From Iphione sp. A-MEVVRFRX5 (lineage: Eukaryota): a DNA stretch of 64,000 bases. The first letter of the stretch is position 1; each line of letters starts with the position of its first letter. This document shows, piece by piece, positions 59,470-64,000 of the stretch. Both the position numbers and the translations under genes were made by a program. The notes below the pieces were generated by a model that was given only the letters and a program-made list of their open reading frames with translations, had not been told where the DNA came from and did not search any database. Where the stretch lies: the NCBI GenBank assembly GCA_976226885.1, contig OZ320315.1, positions 97,588,001 to 97,652,000 on the forward strand, written 5' to 3'.

Positions 59470-62030
59470 TTTTAGGATGGGTCTACTAAAGTCGATAGAA
59501 AGAGCACTTTAACTTGTTGGATTTTCATATATTTTATATCTACAGAAAGCTAAGAGGCTGTTCTTTTCAGATCTGCAGCCCAAAACTACACTTCCACTTG
59601 TTCGATTTTGATAAACTTTATATCTACAGAATGCTGAGGGTCTCCTTTTTCATTTGGTAGATAGCATTTGGATCTAACTATAGTAAAAATGGCTGAACAT
59701 TGCAAACATATTCGCCAATCGGAAAGTGGCCGACTGTATGAGCGGCATAATTTGTGTTTTAGGGTGGGTGTACAGATTTAGCCATTTCTCCATCTTTAAT
59801 TATTGTATCAACATGCAACTACTACCATTAAAAAGCTGACAGTCTGCTCCCTTTGAATCTGAAATCTATTTATTTCTATCTGTATTGTAACTTTCTCAAA
59901 ACATCAAGCAGATTCGCCAATCGGAAAGATAGTAAAATTTCAGTTTAGGGCGGGTCTACTATGATTACTCCACTTCTAATTACTTGATATTCATATATTT
60001 TATATCTACAGAAAGCTCACAGTCAGGGCTTTCATTTGGCATTAGTGAAAGGTTGTCAAATTGCTCATCAGATTCACCAATAATAAAGTGACAAATTGTG
60101 TATGAAAAAGATTGAACTTACCTTAACAGGAGTCCAGAGGAGTGTTTAAATCGTTATTCCTCGTCCAGAAAGGCTCTTTTCCTGGGAAGAGGTCCCTTGT
60201 CCAGAGGAGTGTTTCCTTGTTCAAAATTGTGATTCCTAGTCCAGAGAAGTTATATATCATCCCAAGAGACGTTTTCCTGTGCACAGGAGTGGTTTCCCTG
60301 ACAGAATACATCTACAGGGAGTTTTCCTCTGTCTTTTCAATCCTCTAGGAGGGTCCCATTGATGAATCAGAGATCAAGATCTGACCAGTAACCACCTCTC
60401 CATGTTATGTGTCCAATCACTGACCAGGGATGATATGACTGACAGCCCTCCCCCTCCCTTACACCCTCTATCTTAAACATACAAAAAATAATTATTTCAT
60501 CAATTTTCCTATTCTAAAACCCTTTTATGCCACTACAAATTTGTTCTGACTATCCTTGTAATAAAAAAAAAGTATTACCCATAGGGAGGCGGCTAACTGT
60601 GTGAGTGGTATGATGCAGGTTTGACAGTGGGTATACTAAAGTATTCCATACCACATTTCTAATTATCCAATTTTAATAAACTTTATATCTACAGCTAAGA
60701 GTCTGCTCTTTTCAAATATGGAATCCATGTTTCTTTATCATGATTTTAAATGTTTAAAGATGGTGAGTATAATCGCCGATTGGAAAGCGGCGAGCGCCAG
60801 CCGGCTAATTGGTTTGGTGGGTCTAGTAAAGTAGTCCAAAACCACACTTGTAATTATCGTATCTACACATATTTTATATTTAAAGAAAGGTAATACCCTG
60901 GGCATTTCAACTCTGAAGTTCCTGTGTCTCTATCTCTATCACAATCGTAATAACACAAAACATATTGCCAATCGGCAAGCAGTCGACCGGATAATAGTAA
61001 ACACACATGGTAGAGGGGGGTCTCCTAAAATGTTGATTATTCCACTTCTAATTATCCGATTTTCATAAACTTTATATCTACAGAAAGCTGATACTCTTCT
61101 CTCTGTAAATCTGAAACCTATTTTCTCTGTTGTTATCGATATGCTCATGATAATAGAAAAACATCGCCAATCGGCAAGCAGCCGACAGGGTAGCGGCGAC
61201 CGGATAATACTAAACACACATGGTAGGGTAGGTCTACTAAAGTAGCCCAAAACACCACTTCTACTTGATTTTCATGAACTTTATATCTACAGAAAGCTGA
61301 TACTCTGGGCATTTCGAATCTGTTATCAGTTTTTCTCTAGCACTGGTCTACCTTACAATGGCCAGTGTAATCGCCAACGGGAAACTGTACGAGCGGCATA
61401 ATGTGTATTTGATAGTGGGTGTACTAAAGTTCCCCCAAACCATATTTCTAATTATGCGATTTTAATAAACTTTATATTTCCTAAAAGCTATGTCTCTGGG
61501 CATTTCGAATCTGTAATCAGTGTTTCTCTAGCACTAGTCCAAGTATCTATAAATGGCGAGCGTAATCGCCAATTGGAAAGGGGACGGCAGGTTAGCGACT
61601 GACTAGATAATCTAGTGTTGTAATAGTAGGTCTACTAAAGTAGCCTAAAACCATACTTGTAATTATTGTATCTACACATATTTTATATCTACAAAAAGCT
61701 GATACTCTGCTCTTTTCAAATATTAAATCCTTTTGTCTTTAACACTTTTTTAAGTATCTAAAAACGGCAAGCGGATTTACCAATTGGGATGCGGCTGGCA
61801 GGGTAGTGGCTGACTAGATAATCTAGTGTTGTAATAGTAGGTCTACTAAAGTAGCCTAAAACCATACTTGTAATTATTGTATCTAGACAAACTTTATATC
61901 TGCAAAAAGCTGATAGTCTTCTCTTTTCAACTTATTGTATAAGTCTCTAGCACTAGTCTAAATACCTGAAAATGGCGAGCGTAATCACCAATGGGAAAGC
62001 AGTCAGCAGGGTAGTGGACAACAGGTATAT
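59470..62030 (+). repeat. degenerate ~200-bp satellite (about 10 units, interrupted at about 60070-60600)
   Basis: recurring CGCCAAT(C/T)GGAAAG, GGTCTACTAAAGT and TTTATATCTACAGAAAGCT blocks. Confidence 0.85.
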
Positions 62031-62059
62031 CTGATAGGACACAAATTATTCTTTGATGC

Positions 62060-62320
62060 CTACATGTTAAAATCGAGGTTTAACACATGTACAAGGAGTC
62101 TATCTTTCATGTAGATATAATCTCTCTGATAAACGAACTCTTAGATGTGGAGGAGGTAAGGGAGGGAGGGAGCATTGATTGCCACACAGAACATGTGAAA
62201 ATCGAGGTTTATCACATATACAAGGAGTCTGTTTTTTATCTAGACTAAATCTATGTGATAAAGCATGGCAAACGAACTCTTATATGTGGAGGAGGTGGGG
62301 GGGGAGGGAGGGAGCACTGA
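62060..62320 (+). repeat. ~140-bp subterminal tandem duplication next to the right TIR
   Basis: aaaatcgaggttt..aaacgaactctta(g/t)atgtggaggagg..ggagggagca x2. Confidence 0.8.
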
Positions 62321-62410
62321 TAAAACCATCTAGCTGAACCTGGGGTGGGGCAGGAGGCACCCGTGGAGGCACCCGTGGCTGTCATCCGTGGAAGTTATTT
62401 CTATTTCCTT

Positions 62411-64000
62411 GAATTGAATTGAATTGAAAATGATTTTATTCTGATCGTCGCCCTTAAAGGGCGTTATTAATGATACAGAAATAGTTGTGAACAAAGTTGG
62501 AATGTTCTTAATTTTTCATTGTTCTTAATACATCATTGTAGTAACAACTAGTAATCATATTTGCTACTTACATATAGTTTGGCAAGCAATTTGAATACAC
62601 CACTTTCCCCCTGACTCCTCATAAGCACATCAGCATCATTCCAGGCTTTACAGCCTGAATAATAAAGTGATTTTTTAACTTTATTTTTTCTGGGTTTCGC
62701 AAGCTTAACCAGTGGTCCAGCTGCATTTCTTGTGGCCATTATAGGCTTCATAGGCAGCAAGTTATTATTAACCATGCTGTTGATTGTACATAGTTGGAAG
62801 AGATGCCTTCTTTTTACCACACTGTCAATGTTGTATTGTCGATGTAATTCAGCTACTGTTGGTCTGTACTCCGTGTTTTTCTGGACTTTATCAGTCATCA
62901 TCAGGACTCTGGTTTGTAACCGCTGCAATCTATCTAGTTTTGACTTCTGATTATTACATAAGAAAATGGTACTGTAGTCCAGTTGTGGCCTAATGAATGC
63001 TCTGAATGTATGCAGCATTTCCTTCTTGTTCAGCATATGTTTAATTTTGTTTAGCACCCCAACTTTGACAGTTTGTTTTTTTAGGACCAATTCCAGCTCT
63101 ACATCAAACATGAGATCACTATCAATGGTGACACCCAAGTATTTATAGGTGTCTACAGAGTCAACCACTGTACCATTTAACACAATTTGTGGCAGTACAT
63201 TATTAACAGAAACTCCTGTTCTTATGTGCATAATTTTTGTTTTTGATGTATTTAAAAGTATCAGATTTTCTGTACACCATTCATCAAATTGATTGCACAC
63301 ATGTTGAGTTCTGAAATGCAGTTCATTTAGGTCTTTGGCCTCCACAATGACCATGGTGTCATCAGCAAACAATATGGTGGTTTCACTTAATCTGTCTACA
63401 ACATCGTTAATGAAAAGTGAGAACAGCAGGGGCCCCAATGTTGCCCCTTGCGGTACCCCATGTTTACTGTCAAGCACACCAGAGGTCAGTTTGTTTGTTA
63501 CACATCTCTGTTTTCTTTGGTCAAGGTAGTTTGTGAATAGGTTAATTTCTCCTTCAGAGAGATTGAATATGTGGTTTAACTTTTTTAATAGGAGATCTCT
63601 GTTAACCATATCAAATGCCTTTTTTAGGTCAAAGTATATGATATTTACAAGAACTCCATTGTTATAGGCCCCAAAGATATGGTGTAGTGCAAATGTGATT
63701 GCTTCCCTTGTTCCTCTCCTTTCCCTGAAGCCAAATTGATGCTGTGACAGCAGGTTATTTGATTCTAGATGTTGGTAGAGGTGCATAATCACTAGCTTCT
63801 CCAATATTTTACATGGATAAGGTATCATTGATATAGGCCTGTAATTATCCCGATTTTTTTTGTCACCCGACTTATGTATCGGAATTACTCTAGCTGTTTT
63901 CCAGCTATCAGGAATTGTGCCCTAGCTTATTATCATGTTTAGGAGATGGCAGAATTGGTCCAATGAGCACATAATAATGTGTTGCATAAATTCTGTATTA
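62411..64000 (-). mobile_element. CR1/L2-type LINE, 3' part (continues beyond the window)
   Basis: RT ORF 62548-63828 (QFGFR, DLKKAFD, PQGATLGP, FADD, YLG); one upstream in-frame stop at about 63922; hairpin CGCCC/GGGCG 62449-62463; AATAAA; (TTCAA)n tail. Confidence 0.93.

Larger units (their letters stand above)
57057..62362 (-). mobile_element. 5.3-kb TIR-bounded, internally deleted element (Polinton/Maverick-like polB N-terminus)
   Basis: 56-bp inverted repeats 57057-57112 and 62307-62362 (52/56 identical, terminal GGGTGCCTCCTGCCCC); no TSD found. Confidence 0.75.

Noticed and set aside
60123-60311. 62-aa ORF inside the satellite interruption
   Set aside because: No recognisable motif; more plausibly a 5' UTR exon, and even that is unproven

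Overview
Eukaryotic (metazoan, probably invertebrate) DNA made almost entirely of nested transposable elements. I recognised no host gene. The dominant class is CR1/L2-type LINEs (APE endonuclease + RT, no RNase H, 3' stem-loop + AATAAA + microsatellite tail). The main result is a repeated, apparently undescribed three-ORF LINE architecture. ORF1 is an L1-ORF1p-like coiled-coil/RRM/CTD protein with a C-terminal NADAR (YbiA/DUF1768) domain. It is followed by a separate SGNH-hydrolase ORF, a 0.1-0.9 kb spacer and APE-RT. One copy (about 14955-21797, + strand) has all three ORFs open. Four decayed, mutually divergent relatives lie on the minus strand, several visible only by reading across frameshifts and nested insertions. 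A sixth ORF1-NADAR appears joined to a DIRS/Ngaro-type gag and RT. Other contents: a Tigger/pogo remnant, two spliced MULE transposase remnants, an RTE 3' end, a DIRS1-type gag piece inside a LINE, a 78-bp 18S rRNA fragment in a LINE spacer, and a 5.3-kb TIR-bounded element with a multi-exon Polinton/Maverick-like polB N-terminus and a ~200-bp satellite. About 25 of 27 element remnants face the minus strand, which suggests a uni-strand piRNA-cluster-like TE trap. All domain calls are by-eye motif recognition; no searches were run. Ends of decayed elements are approximate.
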